Shown in pieces: positions 34,319 through 46,429 of a stretch of 64,000 bases of DNA (within the stretch, counting starts at the first letter, position 1; each line of letters begins with the position of its first letter). The translations under genes and the position numbers were made by a program. A model generated the notes under the pieces. That model worked only from the letters and a program-made list of their open reading frames with translations. It did not search any database and was not told the DNA's origin. The stretch is from an uncultured delta proteobacterium (GTDB lineage: Bacteria; Myxococcota_A; Polyangia; Fen-1088). The stretch is taken from the NCBI GenBank assembly GCA_963767925.1, contig CAVYGB010000002.1:1216001-1280000 (forward strand). The letters run 5' to 3'.

Positions 34319-34348
34319 AGTATAACGGTTCTTGGAATATTTGGTCAA
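34319..34348 (-). promoter_or_regulatory. Putative sigma70-type promoter for the export operon
   Basis: TTGACC-N18-TATACT on the minus strand in an AT-rich patch about 90 bp upstream of ATG 34229. Confidence 0.5.
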
Positions 34349-34654
34349 TCAAAGAAATGGGGTCGTGAACGGACAGCAACGGGTCGGCGACGGACGTTTC
34401 GCGTGTCCCGCGCTGTTGGCTGCTCTCGACGTCTCTGTCGAGTTGCGCTCTCGAGTTTCGTCTCGACAGTCTCGGAAGCTTCACGCCCGGACTGGATCCG
34501 GGTTTTGCCTGGCCGAGCGTTTTCCAGGGCCCGGCCTCGACCCCCTCGCTGTCGGGAACGTCGACCGGCTTGGAGCCCCACAAGGGAAAGGTAGAGCGGC
34601 GGCCGGAGTGGGGGAGTCCCCAGGGGGCCTGTTTTCCCGGGGATCCGGGCAGGG

Positions 34655-35227
34655 TCAGGGCGAACCAGGGACCGGGAAGGGGGGCAGGTCCAGGCGGCCG
34701 AGGGTCAGCGGCTGGAGCTGCTGATCCTTGGGCGATACCAGGGGATGTGCGGAAGGCCACGTGATGGCCAGGCCGGGATCGTCCCAGCGAATACCCTTCT
34801 GGTCGGTGGGACCGGAGTAGTAGTCGCTGCACTTGTAGAGCACCTCGGCGCCCTCGGCCCCCTCTGGCACACAGAAGCCGTGGGCGAAGCCGGGGGGGAC
34901 GTAGAGCTGGAGGCGGTTGCCGGCGCTCAGCAGCTCGGCGGTCCAGCGGCCGAAGGTGGGCGATCCCCGGCGGATGTCCACCGCCACGTCGTAGATCGCC
35001 CCCCGCAGGACCCGCACCAGCTTGGCCTGCGGGCGGGCGAGCTGGTAGTGCAGGCCCCGCAGGGTGCCGGCGACCGAGAACGACTGGTTGTCCTGCACGA
35101 AGACCGGCAGGCCGGCCTCGGCGGCCCGGTCGGCCCGGAAGCTCTCGAACAGGTAGCCGCGGCTGTCCTCGTGGACGGCGGGGGCGAGGAGCAGGACACC
35201 GGGCAGCGACGTTTTGCGGATCTCCAC
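34655..35227 (-). CDS. rmlC: dTDP-4-dehydrorhamnose 3,5-epimerase
   Basis: DSRGYLFE, QDNQSFS, LRGLHYQ, QAKLVRV, VDIRRGSPTFG, PPGFAHGF. Confidence 0.96.
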   Translation of the reverse strand: MEIRKTSLPGVLLLAPAVHEDSRGYLFESFRADRAAEAGLPVFVQDNQSFSVAGTLRGLHYQLARPQAKLVRVLRGAIYDVAVDIRRGSPTFGRWTAELLSAGNRLQLYVPPGFAHGFCVPEGAEGAEVLYKCSDYYSGPTDQKGIRWDDPGLAITWPSAHPLVSPKDQQLQPLTLGRLDLPPFPVPGSP

Positions 35228-35307
35228 GTTGTTGTTCTCTCTGGTCCGTCCGATGGCCCATCCCCAACCCCTCCTTCCCCCCGCTCGGCTGTCGTCCCGC
35301 TAGCGCT

Positions 35308-36190
35308 TCAGGGCAGCTTCCCCGGCTCGTTGAGCAGGCCCCCGAGGTAGCTGCCGTAGTCGGAGCCTTTCAGCTCGGCGGCCAGGCGCTCCACCTCGGC
35401 GGCGCCGATGAACCCCATCCGGTAGGCCACCTCCTCCGGTACACCCACCCGCAAGCCTTGCCGCTGCTCCAGCGACCCCACGAACTGCGAGGCCTGCAGC
35501 AGAGAATCCGGCGTCCCCGTGTCGAGCCAGGCGAAGCCCCGTCCGAGCTGCTCGACCCGCAGGGTGCCCCGGCGCAGGTATTCGGCGTTCAGATCGGTGA
35601 TCTCCAGCTCGCCCCGGGCAGAAGGCCGCAGGGCCTGTGCAATACGCACGACCTCGGCGTCGTAGAAATACAGGCCGGTGACGGCGTAATTCGATTTGGG
35701 GCGGGTCGGCTTTTCTTCGATGCTGAGGGCATTGCCGCGGGCGTCGAATTCCACCACGCCGTACCGTTGCGGGATCTTTGACGTAATAGGCGAAGACCGT
35801 CGCCCCCTGGGCGCGGCCGGCCGCCTTCTGGACGGTCTGGGCCAGCCCATGCCCGTGAAAGATGTTGTCCCCCAGGACCAGGCTGGCCGGGCCACCGTCG
35901 AGGAACTGGCGGGCGATCAGGAAGGCCTGGGCGATCCCCTCGGGCTTCGGTTGCGGCTGGTAGGCGAAGCGCACCCCCCAGCGGTCGCCCGAGCCCAGCA
36001 GCTCCTCGAAGCGGGGCAGGTCCCGGGGGGTCGAGATGATGAGGATGTCGCGGATCCCCGCCAGCATGAGGGTGCTGAGCGGGTAGTAGATCATGGGCTT
36101 GTCGAACACCGGCAGGAGCTGCTTGCTGACAACGCGGGTGGCGGGATAAAGGCGACTGCCCGCGCCTCCCGCCAGGACGATGCCCTTCAT
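35308..36190 (-). CDS. rmlA: Glucose-1-phosphate thymidylyltransferase (frameshift near 35775)
   Basis: [61 protein letters not shown]. Confidence 0.95.
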
Positions 36191-36236
36191 GTCCGTCCCC
36201 TCGTCGTGGCCCTTGCCGGGCCCGCGCCGGCGCCGC

Positions 36237-37280
36237 TCACTGGGCCCGCTCCCGGCCAACGGCCCGCTGCAGGCGCTCCCGGTATTGTGAGTCGTAGTAG
36301 CTGGTGTACTCCCCGCTGGTCACCCGCCGCCACCAGGGCCGGTTGTCGAGGTACCACTTCACTGTCGCCTCCAGCCCCCCCTCGAAGGCGTGGCGGGGGC
36401 TCCAGCCGAGCTCGCCGCGCAGCTTGCTCGAGTCGATGGCGTAGCGCCGGTCGTGCCCGGGGCGATCTTGCACGTACCGGATCAGGCTCTCTGGCTTGCC
36501 GAGGATCTGCAAGATGCGACGGACGACGTGCAGATTGCCGAGCTCGTCGTTGCTGCCGATGTTGTAGACCTGGCCCGGGCGGCCGGCCGTCAGCAGCAGG
36601 GCCAGCGCCGCGCAGTGGTCCTCGACATGCAGCCACTCGCGCACGTTGAGGCCGTCGCCGTACACCGGCAACCCCTTGTCCTCGAGGGCGTTGAGGATCA
36701 TGAGCGGGATCAGCTTCTCCGGGAACTGATAGGGCCCGTAGTTGTTCGAGCAGCGGCTGACCACCACGTCCATGCCGAAGGTGTGATGATAGGCGAGCGC
36801 CAGCAGGTCGGCGCTGGCCTTCGAGGCCGAGTAGGGGCTCGAGGGGGCCAGGGGGGTCGTCTCGGTGAAGTGCCCGGTCGGCCCCAGCGAGCCGTACACC
36901 TCGTCGGTCGAGACTTGCAGGAAGCGCCGCACGCCCGCCCGGCGGGCCGCCTCGAGCAAGGTGGCGGTGCCCAGCACGTTGGTCCGGCAGAAAACCTCCG
37001 GCCCGAGGATCGAGCGATCGACGTGGCTCTCGGCGGCCAGGTGCAAGATGGCCTCGATGCCCTCGCCCTTGAGCAGCTCGCCGAGCAGCTCGCGGTCGCA
37101 GACGTCGCCGCGCACGAACCGGTGGCGCGGCTCGCCCTCGAGGTCGCTCAGGCTCTCGAGGTTGCCCGCGTAGGTGAGGCAGTCGAGGTTGACGACCTCC
37201 AGCTCGGGATGGTGCCGCAACAGATAGCGGACCAGGTTGGACCCGATGAACCCACAACCGCCTGTGACGAGAACCCGCAT
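36237..37280 (-). CDS. rmlB: dTDP-glucose 4,6-dehydratase
   Basis: [62 protein letters not shown]. Confidence 0.97.
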   Translation of the reverse strand: MRVLVTGGCGFIGSNLVRYLLRHHPELEVVNLDCLTYAGNLESLSDLEGEPRHRFVRGDVCDRELLGELLKGEGIEAILHLAAESHVDRSILGPEVFCRTNVLGTATLLEAARRAGVRRFLQVSTDEVYGSLGPTGHFTETTPLAPSSPYSASKASADLLALAYHHTFGMDVVVSRCSNNYGPYQFPEKLIPLMILNALEDKGLPVYGDGLNVREWLHVEDHCAALALLLTAGRPGQVYNIGSNDELGNLHVVRRILQILGKPESLIRYVQDRPGHDRRYAIDSSKLRGELGWSPRHAFEGGLEATVKWYLDNRPWWRRVTSGEYTSYYDSQYRERLQRAVGRERAQ

Positions 37281-37308
37281 TCGCTTGCCTCTGTGCGGCC
37301 GCCGCGGC

Positions 37309-38736
37309 TCAGTTCGAAGCTTGGAAGACGAAGGGGAAGGAGACCTCGACCGCGCCACCCTTCGGTGCGGGGAAGCGCCAGCGGCCGACGAGGCTGCTTG
37401 ATGCAGCTCGCGACCTCGGAGTCGCCCATGGTGTCGGACTCGATGTCGACGCCCTGGACGGTGCCGGCCGCGGTGATGGTCCAGTGGAGCGACGATCTTG
37501 CCGGTCAGGCTTGGGGTTGCGCTTGAGGCGCCCGCTCGTAGCAGCCCTTGATGGCGCCCATGCGCGCCCGCACCTCCCTGGCCACGACGCCAGGGTCGAG
37601 CTCGCCGTCGACGGCGGGGGCCTCGCTCTTGACGACGGCGTTGACCCGTCGCTCCGGCCCCACGTTGCCGGTGCTGCCGCCGGCGATCTCCCCGCTGCCG
37701 CGCAGGCCGGTGATGCTCGCCACCTTGCCCGAGCCGCCGGTGCCCGTCTTGATCCCGCGCAGCGAGGCGTCGCCGGTGGCGACGGTGAGGCCGCCGACAC
37801 CCTGGAAGGCCTTCTCCTGGTCGCGATCGACGTCGCCCTTGCCGAGCACGTCGGCGATCGAGCCCTCGCCGTCGGCCTTGGCCCCCAGCAGCTTGAGGAT
37901 GCCGGTGTTCTTGACCGCCTCGGCCAGCCGGGCCCGCCGCTCGTCGGCCTGCCGCTGCTTCTCGGCGGCGGCCTGGGCCTTCTCCTCCTCGGTCGGCTCG
38001 CGCCGCTTGCCCTCGGACTTGGGCTGCTCCTTCTTCTCCGCCGCCTCTTCCTTCTTTCTTCTTCGACCTTCTCCTCGGCGACGACCTGGGGCGGTGGCTC
38101 GGGCTTCTTCACCACCATCTGCACGAAGCGGTCGGGGATCTCCTCGACGTCCAGCTCGCGGGGCCAGTCGACGTTGCGCAGGTAGACCACCATCGCCAGG
38201 TGGGCCACGAACGAGGTCACCGCGATGCGTGGTGAAGAACCAGTCGAGGTTGCTGGCGAAGCGTGCCCGCGCACCGAGGCGGGCAGCTGTGGCCGCGGCT
38301 GGGGCGGCGGCGGCGTGACGAACTGGAAGAGGACCGTGACGTCGCCGAAGGTGATCTTCCCGCGCGAGCGCTCGTCGAGCAGCATGACCCAGGCGGGGCC
38401 CTGCTTGCGGATCTTCTGGCTCTGCTTGAGCTGGGCCAGCGAGATGACCTCGTTGCCCACGGCGATGCGGGCGTCCATGGCGTCGGCGAAGTGGGCCACG
38501 TAACCCCGGGGCGTGGCGGTGAACAGCACCCACTGGCGCGGCAAGGCCTCGGACGGGACGACGAACATGTTCTTCGCCGACTGCCCGATGGTGATGTTCT
38601 CGCGCTGGCGGACCAGCCGCTCCTCGACGATGCGTCCACCCTGGACGATGCCGATGCGGAGGATCTTCGGCTTCTGGATGGTCGTGGGGGTACCGTACGC
38701 TGCTGCTCGCGCCGCCTGGCTGGCCATGGGGGACAT
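37309..38736 (-). CDS. GltG-like protein (FHA-like N-terminus, TM, linker, AgmX/PglI TonB_C-like C-terminus); frameshifted
   Basis: LRIGIVQGGRIVEERL, TM ...FVAHLAMVVYL, ...IKGCYER.LKRNP, ...WRFPAPKGGAVEVSFPFVF. Confidence 0.8.
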   Translation of the reverse strand: MSPMASQAARAAAYGTPTTIQKPKILRIGIVQGGRIVEERLVRQRENITIGQSAKNMFVVPSEALPRQWVLFTATPRGYVAHFADAMDARIAVGNEVISLAQLKQSQKIRKQGPAWVMLLDERSRGKITFGDVTVLFQFVTPPPPQPRPQLPASVRGHASPATSTGSSPRIAVTSFVAHLAMVVYLRNVDWPRELDVEEIPDRFVQMVVKKPEPPPQVVAEEKVEEERRKRRRRRRSSPSPRASGASRPRRRRPRPPPRSSGRPTSGGPGWPRRSRTPASSSCWGPRPTARARSPTCSARATSIATRRRPSRVSAASPSPPATPRCAGSRRAPAARARWRASPACAAAGRSPAAAPATWGRSDGSTPSSRARPPPSTASSTLASWPGRCGRAWAPSRAATSGRLKRNPKPDRQDRRSTGPSPRPAPSRASTSSPTPWATPRSRAASSSLVGRWRFPAPKGGAVEVSFPFVFQASN

Positions 38737-38746
38737 CTACTCCGGG

Positions 38747-39165
38747 CTAGAACGGGGCGGCTGCTACGCTCTCGACGATCTTGGGGACGAAGTCCTGCTT
38801 CAGGTCTTGCCAGTCGTAGTTGATGCTCGACTTCTGCAGGACGTAAAAGGCCTCTGGCTTCTGGATCTTGCCCTCGATGCGGAGGGCGTCGGTGATCCGG
38901 TAGACCTTCTTGCCGCCGGCCCCGCGCTCGACCGTCACCTTGGGGCTCTGGGTGGCCGTGCCGGTGGCGGCGGCGGTCGCGGTCTGGGCCGCCGTCTGCG
39001 CCGGCGGTTCGCCCGGCCGGCCGGTCGAGCGGGAGCCTCCGCCGGCGCCGGCTGCTGGGCCCACGCCGGCGCGGCCAGCAGCAGGACGGCGGCGTTTGCC
39101 ACCAGCCAGGACAGCGGGCGCGGCTTGCTGGAGAGATGAGCGGGGCTATTTCGCATGGCCTTCAT
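38747..39165 (-). CDS. GltF/CglF-like small secreted protein (frameshifted)
   Basis: Signal peptide; C-terminal IEGKIQKPEAFYVL...DFVPKIVESV..APF typical of CglF. Confidence 0.78.
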
Positions 39166-39209
39166 CGTATCGATCCTTGTGTGAGCCTTGTGTGAGCCTT
39201 GTGGTTGGT

Positions 39210-40312
39210 TCACGGTGTCGAGGGCGGCAGCGGCTTGTCCTCGGCCGGGTTCGGCGCGGGGGCGGGGGTCGGCGGCAGCGACGGCTCCGGTGAGCCGGCC
39301 GGAGCGCCCGGCCCGGCCTGGCCGGTCTGCCCCGCCTCTGCGGGCGTGGGCGTCGCGGTCTTCTGCGCGGCCCGGGCCCGATCCCGCTCGGCCTGCGCCT
39401 TCTGCCGCTCGATCCGCTTTTGTTCCTTGCCGATCTTGTCCTGGGCCTCGGCCACGTAGGTCTCGACCGGGTCACCGCCGCGGGCGAGCAGGTTGCCCAT
39501 CATCTGCTTGTACCGCTGGAAGTGTCCGAGCGCGGTGTTCAGCTTGGCGATGGTGTCCATGTTGGGCATCTTGTCGGCGTCCAGGTACAGGATTCCCAGG
39601 TGAAAGACTGCGTCGGCATAGTTGGGAAAGAGCTGTAGCGCCTTCTGGTAGGACCCCTCCGCCCTGTCGTAGTCCTTCAGCCCCCGGTAGGCGCTGCCCA
39701 GGTTGAGGAACGCCTTGGCGAAGGCCGGGTTGAGCTCGACCGCCTTCTCCAGGACCGGCGTCGCGTCGCGGTAGTTCTTCGCCTCCAGGTACTGCGCCCC
39801 GAGGTTGTTCCACAGGACGGGGTTCTCGGGCCGCGCCTCGGCGGCCTTCTTCAACATGTCGATGGCGCCGGGGACGTTCTTCTTCTCGATCTCCATCCAG
39901 GCCAGCAGGTGGTACATCTCGGCCTGCTCGGCCTGGGTGGCGCTGTTCGCCTGCATCATCTTCCACAGGTGGCGGACCCACTCGTGCTTGCGCAGCTTGT
40001 AGTAGGCCTTCGCCATCACCAGCATGGCCGGCGTGTACTTGTCGTTCTTGGTCAGGGCCAGCCTTGGCCTGGGCGACCGCCCCGTTGAAGTTGCCGGCCG
40101 TGTAGAGCTTCTGGGCCTCGGCCGTCTCCGCCACCGGGGTCACGGCCGCCGGCGGCGTGCGCCGGCGCCGCCCCTGCCCGGGGACCGCGCCATCACCGCT
40201 GGCCGGCGCCGCGGCCGGCGCCTCCGCGGGAGCCTGGGCCAGCGCGCTCGGACCCGGCGCCAGCAGCAGCGCCAGGGCCAGGGTCCGCGGATGCCGTCTT
40301 GCAGAGGGTCAT
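39210..40312 (-). CDS. GltE/AglT-like TPR protein (frameshifted)
   Basis: Tandem TPRs (NNLGAQYL, FLNLGSAYRG, FHLGILYLD), Pro/Ala tail; ATGA overlap with the upstream gene. Confidence 0.75.
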
Positions 40313-43300
40313 GGCTGCTCCAGTTGAGGACGTTCGTCCTTCACGAAGGGGAACTCGTCGGGGAGGTACTTCGACAGGTTCTCCCGGGCCTTCTTCACGT
40401 ATTCGTTGGTCACCCCGAACTCGGCGGCCCGCTCCAAGGTGGCCTTCCACTCGTTCTTGGCCACGTCCTCCACCTGGGTGACGTAGCTGCAGGATGCCGT
40501 CCTTGTATTCGGTCTCGGCCATCCCGCACAGGCTGGGGTCGGCCCGGCAGGCCTTCTTGCCGATTGCCACGACCTCCTTGGGGGGCTCGTCGGCGGCCTT
40601 GATCAGCTTCTGGCCGAACTCGTAGAAGATGTCGCCGCCGCGCAGCAGCGAGGCCAGGGTCCAGGTGGCGTCCTTGTAGTCCCAGACCCTCTTGTATTCG
40701 TCCTGCAGCTTCGGCGTCGGCGATGAAGTCCTCGATCACCTTGCCGGCCTTCTTGGCGTCGGTCAGGCGGAGGGCGCGGGCCTGGAAGGTGGCGAACTTC
40801 TCCTCGGCCAGCAGGAACTCGGCCTTGGCCGCCGCCGCCGCCGCCGGCGAGGGCGCCGGCAGCCTGCGCTGGACGAACTCGTCCCGGACCTTCTGGTAGG
40901 CGCGCATGGTGGCGTTGCGGTCCTTGCCCTGCTCGGCCAGGGCGGCCAGCTTCAGGTACGACCCGACGACGAACTCACCGGCCTCCGGCTGGTTGCCGTA
41001 TTGCGGTTCAGCTCGTTGAGGCACTGCCGCTGCTTGCTGCTGTCGCGCAGCTTCTCGTGGGCGTTGCAGGCGAAGAAGAAGGCCTCCGCCGAGTCCCGCG
41101 GCTTGTCGGCGACCGCGTCGGAGTAGCGCCGGTACAGGGTGGCCGCCCGCGCGTATTGCTGGTCGTTGTCCAGCAGGGTGGCCGCCAGGCCCAGCGCCTC
41201 CTTGCGGTGCTCGTGTCTGGGCGAACTTGGGGTCCTCGGCCATCTTGAGGTAGCCGGAGACCGCGGCGTCGAAGTTGAAGAAGCGCTCGTTGTTCTTGGC
41301 CGCGTTCCAGACCGCGTCCTTGCCCTCGGGCGTGTCGGGGTAGTCCCGGGCCAGGCGCTCGTAGCAGCGAGTGGCCTCGCCGTACTGGAAGATGCGCTCG
41401 TAGATGACGCAGACGTTGTTGAGGTTCTTGGGGGCGTCGGTGTCCTTGGGGTTCTGGTTGACCAGATCGACGAGGTCGAGGGCCAGACCCACGTCCATCT
41501 CGGTCGAGACCTTGCCACCCGCGCCGGGGCGCCGGCGGCCGCCGGGCCGCCGGGCACGCCGGGAGCGCCCGGGTCGGCGCCGCGCCCGGGCTGCCGGTGC
41601 GGGCCCCGCCGCCCGTCACCATGGCGATGCCGCCCGCCGCCCTCGCGGCAGACAGTCAGCTGGCGCTCGGTCCCCTTCTCTTCGTTCTCGATGGCCAGCT
41701 CGAGCCGCTTGGTGATGATCTTGGACTTGACCGAGGAGCGGATCTGGGTGATGCGCGCCACGTAGGGTCCGGCCGCCGGGTTCTTGCTGCAGGGGGATTC
41801 GGTGAACTGCTCGGAGATGGTGAGCAGGCGGCCCAGGGCGCAGTCCTGCTGCTCCTCGTCGGCCACCCCGTAGTCGATGAAGTAGGTCTTTAGCAGGGCG
41901 TCGTAGGCCTTGAACCCGATCTCCGGCTTGGTGCTGCAGTAGTTCTCGGTGATCTGCGAGAGGCGCCCGCGGGCCTCGGGCCAGTTGCGGTAGCGGAGCT
42001 GCAACACGGCGGCGGCGTAGCGCAGGTCGGCCGTTCGCTCGTCGTTGATGTGCTGGGTGTACCAGTCGATCGCCCCGACGTACTTCTGGTAGATCTCGGG
42101 CATGGCGAGGGGGGCGACCGGCGGCTTGGTGTTGCTCTCGTCGGGGATGGGCGGGATCTGTCGAGCTGGCGCGCCGGTCTTCATCCGCTCGATGATGTCC
42201 TCGTAGGCCTTGATGACGTAGTAGGCGGCGTCGCGCTGGAAGCGGTTGTCCAGCACCGAGTCGCGCACCGTCGTGTAGGCGGCGATGGCCCGGTCGAATT
42301 GCTCGGAGTAGTAGAGGGCGTCGGCGTGGAAGATGCTGAACTCGTAGGCCCGCTTGGCGTTGGGGTAGGCGTTCAGGTACTTCTCGTACAGCTCGGCCGA
42401 GGTCTGGTAGAGCGGCTTGCACTCGACCAGCTTGGTCAGGTCCTTCGCCTCGACCGCCCGGGAGCGGCAGGCCTGGGCCGCCGCGTGGACGTTGGTGGCG
42501 GCGTTCAGCAGCGCGTCCTCGGACAGCTGCTGGGCGGCGTTCAGGGCGTCCGGGTTGTTCCGGTTCTCCTGGTACCAGTCGGTGCCCTTGACGTACAGCC
42601 GCCCGAGCTGCTCACGCTCCTTGGCGGCGGCGACCATGTTGCGGTCCCGCTCGTAGGCCTGGACGATGCGATCCTGGATCTTGGGGGCCTCGGCGTAGAA
42701 GGGCCACTTGACCAGCAGGGCCTTGAAGACGGCGATCGCCTCGGGGTACTGGGTGGCGTCGAAGTAGATCTCGCCCAGCCGCTGGATAGACCTCCTTGAC
42801 GTGGGGCTCGTTCTCCCGGCCCCGGTAGAAGCCCTCGACCCGCTGCAGACCGGTCTCGGCGTCGGGCACGCTGTCGCCGTTCCAGTCGGGCTCGGAGAAG
42901 CTGACGCCGAGGTACTGGATGGCCTCCGGCCGCAGGTCGGAGCCGAACTTGTCGCCGGCCGACTTCTTGTCGTCGGCCCACTTGACCAGGCTGTCGAACT
43001 CGCGGACCGCCTCGGTGAAGTGGTTGTCGCGGTAGTAGGACCAGGCCAGCTTGTACAGCGCCTTGTCGTAGTAGCTCGAGTCGGTGAAGTCGAGCACCTG
43101 CTTGTAGGCCGAGATGGCCTGGGGGAGCTCGGCGTTGTCGAAGTGCATCTCGCCGATGCGGGTCCAGGCCTCGGGCAGGAACTTCGAGTCCTTGCGCACC
43201 GGCTCGCAGTCCTTGTAGAGGTCGACCGGCACGACCGGCCTGGGCGGCGGCGCCTTGGCCACCGCCTTGCGGGACTTGCTCGGCTTGCCCTCGGGCGCCG

Positions 43301-44005
43301 GCGGCTCGGGGGCCGGCACCACGTCGGGCGCGGGCGGATCGAGCGGCTTGTACTTGTTGGCGCAGGTGAGGGCCAGCAGGGCCTGCCGGCCCTCCGCCTC
43401 TTGCCCCATCTCGCCGAGGCAGAAGCCCAGCAGGTAGTAGGCCGCGTCCAGCAGGCGGTAGTTGGGGAAGTCGATCAGCATCCGCCGGTACAGCGAGACG
43501 GTGTTGGTGTATTCGGCCCGGGGCGGCTCGCCCTGGGGCGGGTTGGGCGAATCGAGCGCCTTCTGGTAGGCCTCCTGGGCGACCAGGAACTCGTCCGAGC
43601 GACTTCTCGTAGTAGAGCTCGGCCAGCCGGAACATGGCGTCCGGCGACCAGCGGGCGTCGAGCGGGTACTTGCGCAGGAAGGCCTCGAACATGGCGATGG
43701 CGTCCAGGCGCCGCTCCCGCTCTTCCTTCTCGTTGGCCGCGATCTGGGGCTCGTATTTGCCCTTGATCGCCCTTGAGCTTCTCGTAGTAGGCCCGGCGGA
43801 TGACGACGTTGGCGGCGCCGCGGTAGCCCCGCACCGCCTCCTGGTAGCGGATCAGATCCCGGGCCAGCTCGTCGAGCAGCTTGCCGTCGTTCGGGATCTG
43901 GGAGGGCTCGGCGGCCGCCGCGGGGGGCGGCGGCGGGCTGCCGAGGGCGAGGGCCAGCAGCGCGGGCCAGGCCAGGCGGCGGGCGCGGGCGCGTCCGGTG
44001 GTCAT
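40309..44005 (-). CDS. GltD/AgmU-like large TPR protein (multiply frameshifted)
   Basis: Signal peptide, PDAMFRLAELYYE, EAWTRIGEMHFD, YDKALYKLAWSYY, LRPEAIQYLG; ATGA overlaps at both ends. Confidence 0.78.
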
Positions 44006-46331
44006 CGATCGTCCTCCCGGAGCAGCGGCTGGAAGTCGTCGTCCACCGCCTGCAGCTCCAGCTTCTGCTGGTTGATGAGCTTGGAGACGTTCTGGGTCTT
44101 GGAGTCCTTGATGCCCCAGGAGACGTCGATCAGGCCGACGTCCGACTGGACGGTCAGATCGTAGAACCGGTGGCCGCCCGCGAGAGCATGGCCTCCGCCA
44201 GCCCGCCGCCGACGTCCTGGCTCTCGGTCAGCACGGTGTTGAGCTTGCCGCCTGCCGCCTCGAGGTTGCTCTTCTCGGTCGTGATCAGGCCCTTGACGTC
44301 GCCCAGGCGCCGGTCGGCGATGCCGTCGAGGCGCCCGTCGAACTCCAGCACCTGGGTCTGGACGGTGTCGGCGCGCGCGAGCACCTGCATGAGCTCCTCG
44401 AAGCTCGACCCTCCCTCGCCCGTGCCGGGCGGCACCTTGGCCCGCGAGAGGATCTCCCGCTCCCGGCGCAGCAGGTCCACCAGCCGGTTGGAGCTCACCC
44501 GATCCGAGCTGCCGGCGGCGCCCGCCAGGGTGGCCTCTTGCCCGGCCACCGCGATGTCACCCCGGATCTTGTCGAGCACCTGGCGGGTCTGCTTGATGTC
44601 GCCCTTCACCGGGTCGAGCTGCTGCTGCAGCGCCACCGGATCGACCCGCTTCTCCGCCCGCTCGTGGATGAAGTATTGCTCGATGGCGACAACCTCCGCC
44701 TCGAGCGACTGGATGAGGACGTTGACCTCGGAGGCCCGCGCGTCGACGACCGCGAAGGCCTCCCGCACCGAGCTGGCCCGCGAGCGCATGTTGTCCTGGG
44801 TGAGGGGCAGGTTGCGCAGGTCCTGCTCGAGCACCGCCCGCTCGCCGGCGATGCCGTCGAGGGCGGCCCGGTCCTCGGGCGAGAGGTAGCGGGCGGCGAT
44901 GGTGCGGGCGTCGTTCTGGAAACGCCGCCGGACCTCGATCGACTGGTTCATGATCTCGGTCGATCGGGTGCGGGCCGAGGCCAGGTCGGGGAACATGCCC
45001 ACGATGTGGCCGCTGGCCACCGCCCGCTCGAGGTGCTGCACCAGCCGCTCGGACTCCTGGATCCCCCGCTGCAGGCTCCCCACGTCCTCGGCCAGCACGA
45101 GCATCTTGGCCACGTCGGGCTCCTTGGCCACCAGGCGGATGGCGGCCTTGGGGATGATGGTGGCGAGGTCGAACTTCTCCAGGCCCTGGTTGACCAGCCG
45201 CTGGTAGAAGTTCGGGTCGGCCTTGGCCTGCTCCTGCCGGGTCTGCAGCTCTTTATAGATGGGCTCGTACTCGGCCAGGGTGGCGGTGAACTGCGACGAG
45301 GCCAGGTAGAAGTTGGCCAGCCGCAGGTGCAGGTTGCCGATCAGCAGGCGCAGCTCGGGGGCCCGCGTGCTCTCCGGATCCTGCAGCACCATCAGATCGA
45401 GCGCGCGGTAGGCCGCCCGGAAGTCGCCGGCCTTGATGGCGTTCCAGGCCGACTCGTACATGGCGTCGCCGAAGTACTTCGACTGCCGGGGGACCGACGC
45501 GTACCACTGCTTGGCCCGGTCGAACTGGCCCCGGTCGTAGAGCAGGCGGCCGATGGCCAGCCGGGCCAGGTCCTGGATGTCCTTCTCGTTGTCGTCCTTG
45601 GGCTGCAGCTTGAGGACCTCGTCGAACGAGCGGGCGGCGCTGGCGTAGTCCCCTTCCTTGACCTGCAAGGTGGCGAGGAAGTAGCGCGACTGCATGTAGT
45701 AGGGCTGGCCGGCGGCGATATTGTCGAAGGCCGTCTTGGCGTCGTTGGGCCGGTTGCGGAAGAAGTAATATTTGCCCCGCACGTAGGAGACGCCGGGGTC
45801 CTGGTCGACCGAGCGCACCCGCTCGAGCCGCTCGAGCTTGTCCTCGATGCCGGTGTAGTCCCCCGTGCGCAGCGAGATCTCGATGATCCGCTGCAGGGCC
45901 CGCTGCTCGCGGCGGGTGGTCTCGTTCTTCTTGGCCGCCTGCTCGAAGTAGCGACGCGAGGACAGCAGGTCGCCGTCCTTGAAGAGCGACTCGGCCAGCA
46001 GCAAGGTGGCGTCGTCGAAGGCCCGGCTCTGCGGATACCGTTCGATGACGTCGAGGCAGAGGGTGGCGGCGGCGCTGTAGTTCTTGATCGCGAACAGCTT
46101 CTCCGCCTCGATCACCCGGCGATCCGCGGCGTTGGGGTCGGGAGCGTAACTCTCGCGGAAGCTCGAGCTCAGCGATCGGGTCCGCCCCTCGAGCTCCCCC
46201 AGCTTGCGGTTGGCGTCCTGGATGGGTCCGGCCCGGCCCGGGCTCGCCGAAAGGAGCGTCCCCAGGCCAACCACCGCCAGACACCCGCCTCTCCACCGAG
46301 CGGCCTGCGTTCTATTCCTAACGTTTGGCAT
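44002..46331 (-). CDS. GltC-like TPR/coiled-coil protein (frameshift near 44165)
   Basis: Signal peptide, TPRs, DLARLAIGRLLYD, DAMYESAW, C-terminal ..SDVGLIDVSWGIK; first TPR gene of the gltC-G order. Confidence 0.72.
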
Positions 46332-46429
46332 CACAAACCCCTTGGCGCGCCGCGTTTCGCGGACCGGAAGAACCTGCTGCTGAGCTGCTCGTGACGTCTA
46401 CTTCGTTAAGTGGGTGCGGAACGGCTGGA

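Noticed and set aside
33621..35267. 548-aa ORF suggesting a large protein or fusion
   Set aside because: The N-terminal part is an alternate frame of rmlC plus intergenic DNA; the credible gene starts at ATG 34229 with a signal peptide
35308..36190. Programmed frameshifting or phase variation in rmlA and other split genes
   Set aside because: The indels are scattered, often several per gene, and not at consistent slippery or SSR motifs; sequencing error is more parsimonious
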